Source: Candidatus Latescibacterota bacterium (lineage in GTDB: Bacteria > Latescibacterota > UBA2968 > SICM01). Taken from it: DNA of 64,000 nucleotides. A program made the translations under genes and the position numbers. The stretch's first letter is position 1; each line of letters begins with the position of its first letter. The notes under the pieces are model-generated. The model saw only the letters and a program-made list of their open reading frames with translations. It had not been told where the DNA came from and did no database searches. Where the stretch lies: the NCBI GenBank assembly GCA_965217865.1, contig CBDCJO010000002.1, positions 4,288,001 through 4,352,000 of the forward strand, read 5' to 3'. Below, piece after piece: positions 9,448 to 19,342 of the stretch.

Positions 9448-9957
9448 ATGCCGTACTTGGCCGAAGCAGTCGCTAATAGTTTCCTGGATATCGCTAAGTC
9501 TTCAGGCGAAACGGTAGACGCGATGAAAATCCAGAAACTGGTGTACTTCAGTCACGGGTGGCACCTCGGATTCGATAAGGGGGCCTTGAGCGCCGAGAAC
9601 GCACAGGCTTGGAGATGGGGACCGGTTTTTCCAGATCTTTACCAAGTAGTGAAAGTCTGGGGGAGTAGGCCCATCATGGGGCCCTTAGAAACTATGGATG
9701 TCGGTGAGCACAGAAGGTTACAGTGGAACACGCCGCGCGTCCCTCCCGAGGATACTTTCGCGATGGAACTCATCGAACGAGCGTGGGAGGTCTATGGTCA
9801 CATGCCTGGGCTGTCGCTATCGCAACTCACACACGAACCTGGGGGGCCTTGGGATACAATAAGGAAAAAGAATCCCTATGGCTATAACTTGGTGATTCCG
9901 AATAACATCATCAAGAAACACTTTGCACAGAAGATCTCGGCAAATGCCGGAACTTAA
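9448..9957 (+). CDS. Panacea (SocA/DUF4065/GepA-like) antitoxin
   Basis: VANSFL, MKIQKLVYFSHG, AQAWRWGPVFPDLY, LSQLTHEPGGPW. Confidence 0.9.
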   Translation: MPYLAEAVANSFLDIAKSSGETVDAMKIQKLVYFSHGWHLGFDKGALSAENAQAWRWGPVFPDLYQVVKVWGSRPIMGPLETMDVGEHRRLQWNTPRVPPEDTFAMELIERAWEVYGHMPGLSLSQLTHEPGGPWDTIRKKNPYGYNLVIPNNIIKKHFAQKISANAGT

Positions 9958-10321
9958 AGACCTTCGCACCGTCCGGACTGATAAGCTTCCAGAACCTGAT
10001 CAGCAAGACGTCAGTCTGTTCGATGACGAGAAAAAAGAACTTGATAACCAACGGCTTCGACTTTATAACCAACGACTTGAAGCCGAAATCAACGATCTCA
10101 CTCAGGACCGCGATCAACGTAAAACGTACGCAAACCGCTTATATTGGCTCATTGTCGGTTGGCTCATTGTTGTTGGCTTAATCATGCTTCTGCACGGATT
10201 AAGTCCCATCTCATTCAAACTCTCCGTCACTGTGCTCACTACTCTAATCGGCTCAACCACAATTTCGGTTCTGGGGTTGTTCGTCATCGTCGCAAATTAT
10301 CTTTTTCCCAAGAGGCCTTAA
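9944..10321 (+). CDS. Putative membrane toxin partner of Panacea (coiled coil + 2 TM)
   Basis: Overlaps the antitoxin stop by 14 nt; charged helical N-half, then two hydrophobic segments (LYWLIVGWLIVVGLIMLL; VLTTLIGSTTISVLGLFVIVANYLF). Confidence 0.7.
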   Translation: MPELKDLRTVRTDKLPEPDQQDVSLFDDEKKELDNQRLRLYNQRLEAEINDLTQDRDQRKTYANRLYWLIVGWLIVVGLIMLLHGLSPISFKLSVTVLTTLIGSTTISVLGLFVIVANYLFPKRP

Positions 10322-10428
10322 AATCCCCCTAACTACTTTCACGCGATTGCAGGCACCGTAAAGGAGTTGCAGGTTACTCAACGGGGCGTGAAACTGGCGC
10401 CCCCCCTTGTATGTTTGAGGAGGCGTGT

Positions 10429-10581
10429 ATGCCACGTTACGAGTTTAAAGGCGCGACACCCGAAGCGCTAGCCCGAGCCTTACGCCGACGGCCGTCGGGC
10501 CAAGTGGACAGACAAGAGAAACATTCAGCAGACCATCAGAAAGAGCAGCAGAAAGGCACTCAACGAAACAATCCTAAATGA
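10429..10581 (+). CDS. Small 50-aa ORF near the IS1595 right end
   Basis: RBS GAGGAGG; MPRYEFKGATPEALARALRRRP...; below the ORF-track cutoff. Confidence 0.5.
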   Translation: MPRYEFKGATPEALARALRRRPSGQVDRQEKHSADHQKEQQKGTQRNNPK

Positions 10582-10651
10582 TTTCTCGACTTTTGTCAAG
10601 TTAAATATGTAATCCCCAATAGTTGGGCATCACTGAGAAAGGAAGGAAGTT

Positions 10652-11056
10652 ATGAAACCAGGAACGAATGACCGGCAGTTTAGAGCGACCGCACCCTACT
10701 TCGTAGTGCGAGATCTAAAGGAGTCCGTGGAGTATTATCACCGGGTTCTCGGTTTCAATATGCCTAAGCTTTGGGGAGATCCACCTGAGTTTGCGATGCC
10801 GTCACGTGACGGGTTCATATTCATGCTCAAGCAGGCCGATCAAGGCGCCGACATAACCACCAGTCGTGATCAGAGTGGATTCTGGGATGCTTACGTTTGG
10901 ATAAACGACGCGGAGTTACTTTTTTCGAAGTTCAAAGAAGATGGAGCCATAATCGAGTATGAGCCGTGCATACGGAAAGACTACGATATGAAGGAGTTCG
11001 CGGTTCGTGATCTGGACGGTCACGTCATTGCATTCGGCCAGCATTACGAAGCATGA
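10652..11056 (+). CDS. VOC/glyoxalase family protein
   Basis: PYFVVRDLKESVEYY, MKEFAVRDLDGHVIAFG. Confidence 0.9.
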   Translation: MKPGTNDRQFRATAPYFVVRDLKESVEYYHRVLGFNMPKLWGDPPEFAMPSRDGFIFMLKQADQGADITTSRDQSGFWDAYVWINDAELLFSKFKEDGAIIEYEPCIRKDYDMKEFAVRDLDGHVIAFGQHYEA

Positions 11057-11136
11057 AGGCCCCACCAAACCGCCTTAAAATATCATGGCGGCTTCGGCAG
11101 TTGTGAGATTTAGCGATCCTTCTGAGGAGAATTGAA

Positions 11137-12453
11137 ATGGCGGAGAGCCAGAAATCAGAAACGACCTTCCTCCAGGATTCGTCGCTTGATCAACTCGAGG
11201 CAGCTGTCGCGTGGAACCATTATACGTGGATGACGACGAAGGCTCGTGCCGGGGGAGGAGAAATACACGAGGAAAATGGTGTGACCTGGGTATTCATGCC
11301 CGGTCGAGAAAGTGAGGGGATGATCCTCTTTCCTCGACTTACAGAGGCGAGTGCGGCCGACCAACTCGACCGTATCATACAATTCTACCAGAATCTTCAA
11401 CCTGCCAAATCAGTCATATGTTGGTCGTTGGACCCGTTCCAGCCGCAGGATTTAGGGGTTCGACTACTCGCTCGCGGATTTCAGCAGGGATGGCGTCCTT
11501 GCTGGATGTGGCTCGACTTTCAGAAGATGACGACCGATTTTCCTCAACCGGACGGTCTTCGCATCGAAATAGTAGAGGACGCGACTGGTTGGGATGTTGA
11601 CAACCTTCCATACTACGACGCGGTGACGGAGGCCATCCGTCACGCTGCAGTCTGCACGCGACCCCAACGAGTATGGCACTTTGCCGCATGGCTAAATGGC
11701 AAGCCGGTTGCCCACAGTGTAATGTTCTTGACGACGGGCGACTTGGGCATTGCAGGGATCTACGACGTTGGTGTTGTTCCTGATGCCCGCAATCAGGGGA
11801 TTGGCAAAGCGGTCACGATCGCAGCCTGCTTGCAAGGCCAGAAGATGGGATGCTGCCACGCCATGCTGAACGGCACCGGAGAACGGATGTATGTGCAAAC
11901 CGGCTTCGAGCGGATCGGCTATGGAATGACGTGGTGGTTAAACGTAGCAAGGCTGGGGACCCATCCCTCCCCTTCAATGCGGATTGCCTTTGCCGAAGCC
12001 ATCGGAAGAGGGGACATCGATGCGTTGGACAGGCTTGAGAAGCAGATTGAGAAGGAAGACTACGCCGCACCCTTGACCAACGGTATGACGCCTATGGAAC
12101 TTGCGGTCGAGTTGCGCAAGACCACTTCAGCCCAGTGGCTCTTCGATCGTGGCGCCCAGCTTGACGTGTTGTCGGCATGGGACCTCGGCTGGAAGGACCG
12201 CGCAACGGCTCTTCTGGCTAAGAATCCTGAACTGGTTAACCGGCGTTCAGGTGAATGGCTGATGACGCCCCTGCACACTGCCGCGCAGCGCGGCGATGTC
12301 GAACTGGCTCGTCTTATCCTCACCGCCAACCCCGACCTGGACATCAAAGATGAAGAGAACGGCGGCACTCCGCTCGGTTGGGCACACCACTTTCAGCGCA
12401 CCGACATCATTGAACTCATCGAAAAGCATCAGGCGGACAAGTCCGGTAGCTGA
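11137..12453 (+). CDS. GNAT acetyltransferase fused to C-terminal ankyrin repeats
   Basis: VGVVPDARNQGIG; TPLHTAAQRGDVELARLIL; GGTPLGWA. Confidence 0.85.
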   Translation: MAESQKSETTFLQDSSLDQLEAAVAWNHYTWMTTKARAGGGEIHEENGVTWVFMPGRESEGMILFPRLTEASAADQLDRIIQFYQNLQPAKSVICWSLDPFQPQDLGVRLLARGFQQGWRPCWMWLDFQKMTTDFPQPDGLRIEIVEDATGWDVDNLPYYDAVTEAIRHAAVCTRPQRVWHFAAWLNGKPVAHSVMFLTTGDLGIAGIYDVGVVPDARNQGIGKAVTIAACLQGQKMGCCHAMLNGTGERMYVQTGFERIGYGMTWWLNVARLGTHPSPSMRIAFAEAIGRGDIDALDRLEKQIEKEDYAAPLTNGMTPMELAVELRKTTSAQWLFDRGAQLDVLSAWDLGWKDRATALLAKNPELVNRRSGEWLMTPLHTAAQRGDVELARLILTANPDLDIKDEENGGTPLGWAHHFQRTDIIELIEKHQADKSGS

Positions 12454-12539
12454 AGTATGCCAATCTGTGTGCGCAGCAACAGCCGAATCGTCGCCGGACC
12501 TTAGGACGGAGCGCAACTCACATCAAGGAGGTTTTGGCC

Positions 12540-12921
12540 ATGGCACAAGCTTACCCGTGTCTCAGAATCGACAGCTACGACGAAGCAATGCCCTACTATT
12601 TGGATTTCCTCGGATTTAAGGTCGAATTTGAGTATAGACATGAAGAAGCTTTCTCCTGTCTACATGGGTATCTCAAGGGGAGAAAGTTGCGGCATCTCGC
12701 GAGGAGAGTTGGCTCTCCACCTCACAGAGCATACCGAGCAACCTTCTCGGATCGGCGTAATGTTTGATGTCGAAAGCGTCCACGACCTCTACACAGAGCT
12801 GAAGTCAAAGAATCCTTCTATATCTGAAGAGTTGGTTGACAAGCCGTGGGGGAAAACCGAACTACACCTGCGCGACCCTTTTGGAAGTCTGCTCATCTTC
12901 ACGAGTCCTGCACCAAAATAA
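12540..12921 (+). pseudogene. VOC/bleomycin-resistance family gene with frameshift near 12650
   Basis: N-half MAQAYPCLRI...FLGFKVEFEYRH in one frame; PVYMGISRG...PWGKTELHLRDPFG in another. Confidence 0.75.
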
Positions 12922-12957
12922 CTGCGCAAAGGACATCTGATGCGACGGTGTACCAGG

Positions 12958-13842
12958 ATGAGAGAATCTACTCGGCTTACAAAACACAATGTCCATACTT
13001 TTCTGCGAAGGTTTGCCAAGCAAATACCGCTTGATGAGCTGGAACTTATCCCCACTGGACAATTTAGTGACAGCTTCACCTTCTACTACGGCAATGACAA
13101 GATACTTAAAGTGAACAAGGTCAATACCAGACCAGCACTCCTAAAAGAAGCCAAGCTGGCGGAATACTTGTACACACAGAAACTTCCGGTCACTTTTGCT
13201 AAACCCCTCTTTGTTCACGCCAAGGGATTCTACGCTGTTTTTTCCCGAATCGATTACCGCAGACTGACCCCAGAGACAGTTGGGGAGCTCGAACCTGATG
13301 AGCTTGAATCGTTTACCCAGTCTCTTGGAACCTTCCTCTCCTTTCTTCACGGTCACAAATTTCCGGATAACGTCCTGGATCATATCCCACGTCCATCGGA
13401 AGATCTCACAGCCGAAAACAGGCAAGCGAGACGCAGGATCGAGTTCATCAAAGAGCACGGACCAGAAGTCGACACCACCCGGTTTGAGGAGAACCTCGAT
13501 AGGCTTCAGGGCTCCCTGGATCAGGTGTGGGCGGTAACACACCAAGATTTCACTTCGAGTAATGTCCTCTTGGGCCGAGGAAATTCCGAGCGACTTGCCA
13601 TCATCGATTTCACGGACGCAGAGATATTGGATCCCTCCGTGGATTTAGCTTATTTTGCCGAGGATCTCGCTGGCGAAGGGATTCAGCCTGGACCGATTAT
13701 CGAATCGATGCTCAAACACTACGAAACGGACGATGAGTTGATTGAGAAGAAGATGGAGTTCAGACTCCTTGTGCGCGAGATCACTTTCGCTTTCTGGAGG
13801 GTCAGGGATTCGGTGCGACGGTCCGAAGCTAAGCCTAATTGA
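12958..13842 (+). CDS. Aminoglycoside phosphotransferase (APH)-family kinase
   Basis: THQDFTSSNVL, IIDFTDA, DPSVDLA. Confidence 0.85.
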   Translation: MRESTRLTKHNVHTFLRRFAKQIPLDELELIPTGQFSDSFTFYYGNDKILKVNKVNTRPALLKEAKLAEYLYTQKLPVTFAKPLFVHAKGFYAVFSRIDYRRLTPETVGELEPDELESFTQSLGTFLSFLHGHKFPDNVLDHIPRPSEDLTAENRQARRRIEFIKEHGPEVDTTRFEENLDRLQGSLDQVWAVTHQDFTSSNVLLGRGNSERLAIIDFTDAEILDPSVDLAYFAEDLAGEGIQPGPIIESMLKHYETDDELIEKKMEFRLLVREITFAFWRVRDSVRRSEAKPN

Positions 13843-13957
13843 TCCCATCAGACGGAATGAACCCGGCAAATGGATATGGCATCCCTCACGGAGTCCATTT
13901 CGTTTGTTGCACCAGCGCTTAACAGGCCACACAGAGGATAGCAGAACTGGAGGAACA

Positions 13958-14761
13958 ATGAGCAGAAAGTTGCCAACTTCCGAATATGACAACCACGGTG
14001 ACTTTTACTACGACTGCATAAAGAGGAGGCTCGCCGACGAGGACTCTTTCCTCAAATTGACGATGGATGTCGTATTGAGATTATTGGGCAACGTCGAAGG
14101 CTTGAAAATTTGTGATCTCGCTTGCGGAGAAGGGCATCTTTCTCGGAAGCTGGCAGGGTTGGGTGCACAGGTCATGGGAGTAGATCTGTCCGAGAACCTA
14201 CTCCTTCACGCTCAGGAGGACTCGTCCGCGTCCGAAATCAGATTCGTTCGAGACGATGCCCAAGAGTTGGCAAGTTTCTCAGATGATTCTTTCGATATAG
14301 TCGTCTGCAACATGTCTCTGATGGATATTGAAGATCTGAATGGAACCTTTCGTGCGGTCGCAAGAACACTGAAACCCTATGGCCGGTTCGTCTTTTCTGT
14401 ACTCCACCCCTGTTTCGCGTCCCCATTTACAGTTGAGGATGGCAGCCCCTTAGAAACGGACGAAAAGGGAGAGTTCGTCGCTTGGAGGACCTTCAATTAC
14501 ACTAACGAAGGGAAGTGGTATTCTAGTGGATCAGGACTGCGCGGAACGTTCGGCTCAATCCACCGCAAGATTTCAACATATGTCAATGCGCTCCCAGAAG
14601 CCAAACTCAACCTTCGTAGGGTTGAGGAACCAACTCTTCCCGGCCCAAAGTATGACACTGCCGCCAAGCAGCTCTCTAGCAAGATCCCAAGGACAATAAT
14701 AGTAGAGGCTCAAAAACCAGGGAGTGATCTCTGCTCAATCACAACGAACACACGCGTATAA
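13958..14761 (+). CDS. Class I SAM-dependent methyltransferase
   Basis: CDLACGEG, VLHPCF; RBS GGAGG before ATG 13958. Confidence 0.9.
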   Translation: MSRKLPTSEYDNHGDFYYDCIKRRLADEDSFLKLTMDVVLRLLGNVEGLKICDLACGEGHLSRKLAGLGAQVMGVDLSENLLLHAQEDSSASEIRFVRDDAQELASFSDDSFDIVVCNMSLMDIEDLNGTFRAVARTLKPYGRFVFSVLHPCFASPFTVEDGSPLETDEKGEFVAWRTFNYTNEGKWYSSGSGLRGTFGSIHRKISTYVNALPEAKLNLRRVEEPTLPGPKYDTAAKQLSSKIPRTIIVEAQKPGSDLCSITTNTRV

Positions 14762-14799
14762 CACGGCACGGTCAGGGTCGGGGCTGTAAGACGTTACAC
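14756..14799 (+). other. Short/degenerate attC-like site
   Basis: GCGTATAAC...GTTACACGC inverted cores, overlapping the upstream stop codon; only 44 bp. Confidence 0.5.
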
Positions 14800-14841
14800 G
14801 CAAGCTGCCAGATTGGATAACGCACGCACAGAGAGAATAAG

Positions 14842-15573
14842 ATGAACCAAAAAGATGATATACCTATCGGTCTAAAATCTTATGTTAGTTGGGCAGAACG
14901 CTATGCCGCGGCTGTAGACTCTAAACCTTATAATGCACACTCTGAACGTCCTGCTATGCTGTCATTGCTTCCAGAAGTCAAGGGCAAGCAAGTGCTTGAT
15001 GCCGGATGTGGTCCAGGTTGGTATTCTGAGCATTTAGTGTCCAGCGGCGCCAAAGTTACGGCCATTGATGTCACACCAAAAATGGTTGAGATTACAAAAG
15101 AGAGATTGGGCACGTCCGTAGAAGTGTACGAAGCAGATCTGAGTAAACCTCTCGACTTCCTGGAGGATGAATCTTTCGACTGCATCGTTTGCTCTCTAAC
15201 GCTGCACTACATCGAAGATTGGGCAAATGTCTTCGAGGAGATGTACCGTATTCTCAGGAAATCGGGCCATTTGGTGTTTTCCACGCATCATCCCTTCAAC
15301 CCCTCAGTATTGGAACAAAGCAAGTATTTTGAGACAGAGCTGGTTGAAGAAGAATGGGGCAGTTTTGGAAAGCCGAAAGTCAAGGTGCAGTTTTTTAATC
15401 GTCCCCTGAGTGAGATGATTCTACCCCTACATAATATGTGTTTTCTTGTCGAACAGATTATCGAACCACGCCTTACTGAAGAAGGCAAAGAACAGTATCC
15501 AGAGTTTTACGAGCGATTGTCACAATATCCCTGGCTTCTTTGTGTTCGAGCAAAAAAGAAGTTGAAGGCATAA
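14842..15573 (+). CDS. Class I SAM-dependent methyltransferase
   Basis: VLDAGCGPG, SLTLHYIEDW, FSTHHP. Confidence 0.92.
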   Translation: MNQKDDIPIGLKSYVSWAERYAAAVDSKPYNAHSERPAMLSLLPEVKGKQVLDAGCGPGWYSEHLVSSGAKVTAIDVTPKMVEITKERLGTSVEVYEADLSKPLDFLEDESFDCIVCSLTLHYIEDWANVFEEMYRILRKSGHLVFSTHHPFNPSVLEQSKYFETELVEEEWGSFGKPKVKVQFFNRPLSEMILPLHNMCFLVEQIIEPRLTEEGKEQYPEFYERLSQYPWLLCVRAKKKLKA

Positions 15574-15855
15574 GGCAATGGTGCGGGCTATCGCTATGCG
15601 AGTCTTTTCGACCACGACTGAGATGAATCAAATCATAGAGACTGCCAAAGCGATTTCTGAGGTAGACGCCGCAGATTCGAAGAGAAGAATGATTATCTTG
15701 ATTGGTAGCGAATTACGCCTACAAGTGCGCCCATGGGAGCACCATGATCTTCTTGTTTACACTCACGGATAATGCTATCTTTCTTAGGGTTCAGACTGGA
15801 AGAAACTGTATGACCATTCAGTCACGACGCACGCGGGCCAATTGAAAGGATATCA

Positions 15856-16152
15856 ATGGATTTGGAAGAAATCAAGAGTGTTGCAGGTCCTGCTTGCAAG
15901 GAGTTCATGGTCAAAAGACTGGATATTTTCGGGTCGCTGACTCGTGGCGAAGGGACAGCTGAAAGTGATGTAGACCTGCTTGTTGAATTTGAAGAGCCGG
16001 ATCTGCATCCCTCCAAGAGATTCTTCGGGTTGCTTCATTATCTTGAAGATACCTTGGAGTGCGAGGTTGATCTCCTCACAGTTAGCGGACTCAGAAATCC
16101 CTATTTCCGTCGCAGGGTCCTCAAGGAAAGGGTAAACATCTATGGAGGATGA
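15856..16152 (+). CDS. Minimal nucleotidyltransferase (MNT/MntA-like antitoxin)
   Basis: IFGSLTRGE, SDVDLLVEF. Confidence 0.9.
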   Translation: MDLEEIKSVAGPACKEFMVKRLDIFGSLTRGEGTAESDVDLLVEFEEPDLHPSKRFFGLLHYLEDTLECEVDLLTVSGLRNPYFRRRVLKERVNIYGG

Positions 16153-16243
16153 ACTCCTCAAACAGTTCTATGATATCAAAGAAGCCGCTTCGGCGATTCT
16201 CCGATTTGAGGTCGATCGAATGGATGATCCACCTGAGCAGTGA
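16142..16243 (+). pseudogene. Truncated HEPN/DUF86 toxin (N-terminal remnant)
   Basis: Overlaps the MNT stop; MEDELLKQFYDIKEAASAILRF resembles a DUF86 N-terminus, then similarity ends and a stop follows. Confidence 0.6.
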
Positions 16244-16607
16244 TCCGGTCAGATACATTTGCTGGCCTGTGGCCTTCTTTATTTATGTTCCCGCCGGACA
16301 ACCTGTTTGGCGGGATTTCTGCAGGTGTTATGGTTCAATCAGATAGCGGCCTTGCTCAAAAGGAATGATGTAATGAATATTAAGTTCAGCGAAGCCACAA
16401 TCACCGCAATGTTCCCTACGATGTAGCCGAAACTCTGAGGCGATTCGAGGAAACCGATTATGTGACCTTTGCTGGGCCTATCGGACGACTGATGGTCAGG
16501 GGGATAGCCACGAGCACGAATCAAATAATGCCGTTTCTCTCCTGGTACAGGTCGGGATCCATGGAGGACGGATTGTCTGAGGCGGTCGATAAGTTTCTAA
16601 CTCTCTA

Positions 16608-17327
16608 TTGAGGGAAGATTTGGTGTCCGATTGGTTTGGGACCCTGGACGACACGCTCTGGTTGAAGTCGGATGAATCAGGAGAAGATGAAGCGCGGTTC
16701 ATCAAAAGATCGTTACACTTGCGCAAGGGACAGGCAGTACTTGATGCGCCGTGTGGGGCCGGACGGATTGGTTTCCACCTCGCCCTTGCCGGGTGCCAGG
16801 TAACAGGCGTGGATCTCCGCAGGGACTTCATCAATCGTGCGCGTCGAAGGTTCCGCAAAGCAGGGCTTCGAGGCAGTTTCGTGGTGCAGGACCTGCGGGA
16901 GATCGATTTTGATAATCAATTTGATGGTATATTCAACTGGTCCGGCAGTTTCGGCTATTTCCCGGAGGAAGACAACTTCGGTTTGCTCAGCCGCTATGCA
17001 CGCGCTCTTCGCTCTGGACGTCGTCTGCTCATCGATCAACCGAATCGGGAGTACATCCTCCGGCAATTCATACCTGAGCGACCCACCGAAACGGTAGTCT
17101 TCAGGAATTCCTGGGACAGCTCCAAGCAGAGGATCTTCTCACACTGGATCATTGACGGAAAGAACGATCCGAGGAACATATCCTCCATCCGACTCTACAC
17201 GCCCGGACAGATGAACCTTCTGTTCGAGCAGGCTGACCTGAAGGTGGAGAGCGTTTATGGATCATTCGGGGGCAACGTCTATCGGAAGTCGAGCCGGCGC
17301 ATGATCACCGTAGGAAGAAAATCGTAG
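16608..17327 (+). CDS. Class I SAM-dependent methyltransferase
   Basis: VLDAPCGAGR, SFGYF, IRLYT. Confidence 0.9.
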   Translation: MREDLVSDWFGTLDDTLWLKSDESGEDEARFIKRSLHLRKGQAVLDAPCGAGRIGFHLALAGCQVTGVDLRRDFINRARRRFRKAGLRGSFVVQDLREIDFDNQFDGIFNWSGSFGYFPEEDNFGLLSRYARALRSGRRLLIDQPNREYILRQFIPERPTETVVFRNSWDSSKQRIFSHWIIDGKNDPRNISSIRLYTPGQMNLLFEQADLKVESVYGSFGGNVYRKSSRRMITVGRKS

Positions 17328-17425
17328 ACTAAAGTTCGGACGACGATTCGCCGGAACAATACGTCGTGTTATGCGGGCACCGGCAAATCACTGACTCAGA
17401 GACGTGGCAACTGAGGACTGTTGAA

Positions 17426-18199
17426 ATGACGCTGCGTGAAGAATATGACGAAAAGGGCTATTGTATTGTCCGGAACGCGATCGATGCGGACCTGGCTGAG
17501 GAGACGGTGAAACACGTTCACTGGCTGGTCGAAAATCATCCGGATGTACGGCCCGAACGGCTGCACCACAACCTGCTGGTGAATGAACCGTTCATGCATC
17601 GACTGGTCTGCGACGATCGGTTGGTCGATATCGCGGCACAATTCATCGGCCCGAATGTCGCGTTGTTCGCCGCGCACTACATCGCCAAGGAGCCAGACAC
17701 CGGTCAGGCCGTTCAGTGGCACCAGGACGGATCCTACTGGCCGCTCGAACCGATGAAAGTCACCACACTCTGGGTTGCGGGCACGGACTCCACCGTCGAG
17801 ACCGGCTGTATGCGGGTGCTGCCCGGCACTCAGAACAATCGTTTGCTGAAACGCAGCGAAATGGCCGACCTGGACACGGACAAGTATGTCCTCTCCGTCG
17901 GAATTCCCCTCGACAAAATAGACGACTCCGACGCTGTGGACTTCGAGCTAAAGGCCGGCGACATATCGATCCACAATCCGACGATCATCCACGGGTCGAA
18001 TGCCAACACCTCCGATCGATGGCGGGTTGGTCTCACCCTCCGGTACATCCCGACGACCACAAAGGTCACCCAAGGTGGCCACAAGAACATCCTGTGCCGT
18101 GGTAATATCGTCCCGGAAGTCGAGAACGTCTATGTGAAACGGCCGGCGTATGTCGAAGGGAAGCACATGCGGTTTTCTGGATGTGAAGCGTGGAAGTAA
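17426..18199 (+). CDS. Phytanoyl-CoA dioxygenase (PhyH) family Fe/2OG enzyme
   Basis: WHQDGSYW, IIHGSNAN, R at RWRVGL. Confidence 0.92.
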   Translation: MTLREEYDEKGYCIVRNAIDADLAEETVKHVHWLVENHPDVRPERLHHNLLVNEPFMHRLVCDDRLVDIAAQFIGPNVALFAAHYIAKEPDTGQAVQWHQDGSYWPLEPMKVTTLWVAGTDSTVETGCMRVLPGTQNNRLLKRSEMADLDTDKYVLSVGIPLDKIDDSDAVDFELKAGDISIHNPTIIHGSNANTSDRWRVGLTLRYIPTTTKVTQGGHKNILCRGNIVPEVENVYVKRPAYVEGKHMRFSGCEAWK

Positions 18200-18262
18200 G
18201 GCTCATATGTCAGACCCCCAAGGCCCCGCATCCTGATTTATCTGGTGTTCCGCACAAAAGAT

Positions 18263-18378
18263 CGTAATCCGGATCGCGGACCGTTGGCCCGCTCGATTCA
18301 CCCACATTCAAACCCAGCCCGTCGGGCTGGGCCAAGGAATAGCGGGCCGTTGGCCCGCATATGCGTCGCCTCACACAG
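18263..18378 (-). repeat. REP/MITE-like family B, partial inverted copy
   Basis: Reverse complement matches about 52421-52532 (GCGGGCCAACGGCCC...CCCAGCCC...GGTCCGCGATCCGGAT). Confidence 0.85.
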
Positions 18379-18393
18379 ACAGGAAGAGATCTC

Positions 18394-19287
18394 ATGAATA
18401 CTTCTGAGCGTGTTCCGGCAAAATACGATCTACACCTCCATACCTTTTGGAGCTACGATGCCACAGCCCATATCGAAAATCATTTCAAACGGGCGCGTGA
18501 ACTGGGGGTGCGCTGTATCGCCATCACCGAACATCACGTTCTGGACTCAATGGCCGATGTGCTGGAATGCGCCAAGGACTATCCGGAAGTGAAATCGATC
18601 CCCTCAGCGGAACTTTCAGTTACCACATCGATCGGCGCCGTCGATCTACTATGCTATGGATTCCCGCTTGAGTTTACGGGAGAATTGCAAGGACTTCTGG
18701 AAAACTACCACGCCTGGCTGCAAGCAGCCGGTTCTGCCAGGTCCAAAGCACTGCAGGCATTGGGACATAAATTCAGCGATACCGATCGAATGGAACTGCT
18801 CGAGACGTACAGACCTCCTCAGGCGATAGCTGTACAAGGAAACACCCACCTGAAGAACGATCTGCTGCGCAAATATTGCGTCGACCGTGGATTTATCTCC
18901 AACCCCGAGGATTACACCGACCTGATTGCCCGCGCCCATGAGCAAGTTCCCTTTCCCCCCTACCCGCGGGTAGAGGATGTTGTACCGGTCGTCAAGGGAG
19001 TGGGTGCCAGGGTTGCCATTGCCCACCCGCACGGTTATTTCAAGAGCGGCGATAGAGCGAGGATGGATGCTCTGCGTCAGGAGTGTCAACTCGACGGAGT
19101 CGAATGTGCCCACCGCAGAATTCCGCCCGAATTTACACCGATCTATCGCGAATATTGTGTTGAGCACGGACTCTTTTCGGTGGGGGGATCGGATTCACAC
19201 AGCGATGAAGATATTCAGGAATCCTTTGCCGGCCACGGGGGGGCCGACGTGTGGCTCGATGAGTTTTTGGCCTGCCTGACTCGGTGA
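18394..19287 (+). CDS. PHP-domain metal-dependent phosphoesterase
   Basis: DLHLHT, IAITEH, IAHP, GGSDSH. Confidence 0.9.
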   Translation: MNTSERVPAKYDLHLHTFWSYDATAHIENHFKRARELGVRCIAITEHHVLDSMADVLECAKDYPEVKSIPSAELSVTTSIGAVDLLCYGFPLEFTGELQGLLENYHAWLQAAGSARSKALQALGHKFSDTDRMELLETYRPPQAIAVQGNTHLKNDLLRKYCVDRGFISNPEDYTDLIARAHEQVPFPPYPRVEDVVPVVKGVGARVAIAHPHGYFKSGDRARMDALRQECQLDGVECAHRRIPPEFTPIYREYCVEHGLFSVGGSDSHSDEDIQESFAGHGGADVWLDEFLACLTR

Positions 19288-19342
19288 GGGACGAAAGCCG
19301 TGCTGTCGAGGATTGATCGAACGATACCTGAATGGACTAACA

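Larger units (their letters stand above)
8392..10617 (+). mobile_element. Complete IS1595-family element with passenger genes
   Basis: TIRs GGGAATTACATATTTAACTTGACAAA (8392-8417) and TTTGTCAAGTTAAATATGTAATCCCC (10592-10617), 25/26 match; 8-bp TSD AATAGTTG at 8384-8391 and 10618-10625. Confidence 0.95.

Noticed and set aside
12958-13842. Calling the APH or GNAT genes antibiotic-resistance genes
   Set aside because: Only family-level motifs are visible; no substrate evidence.
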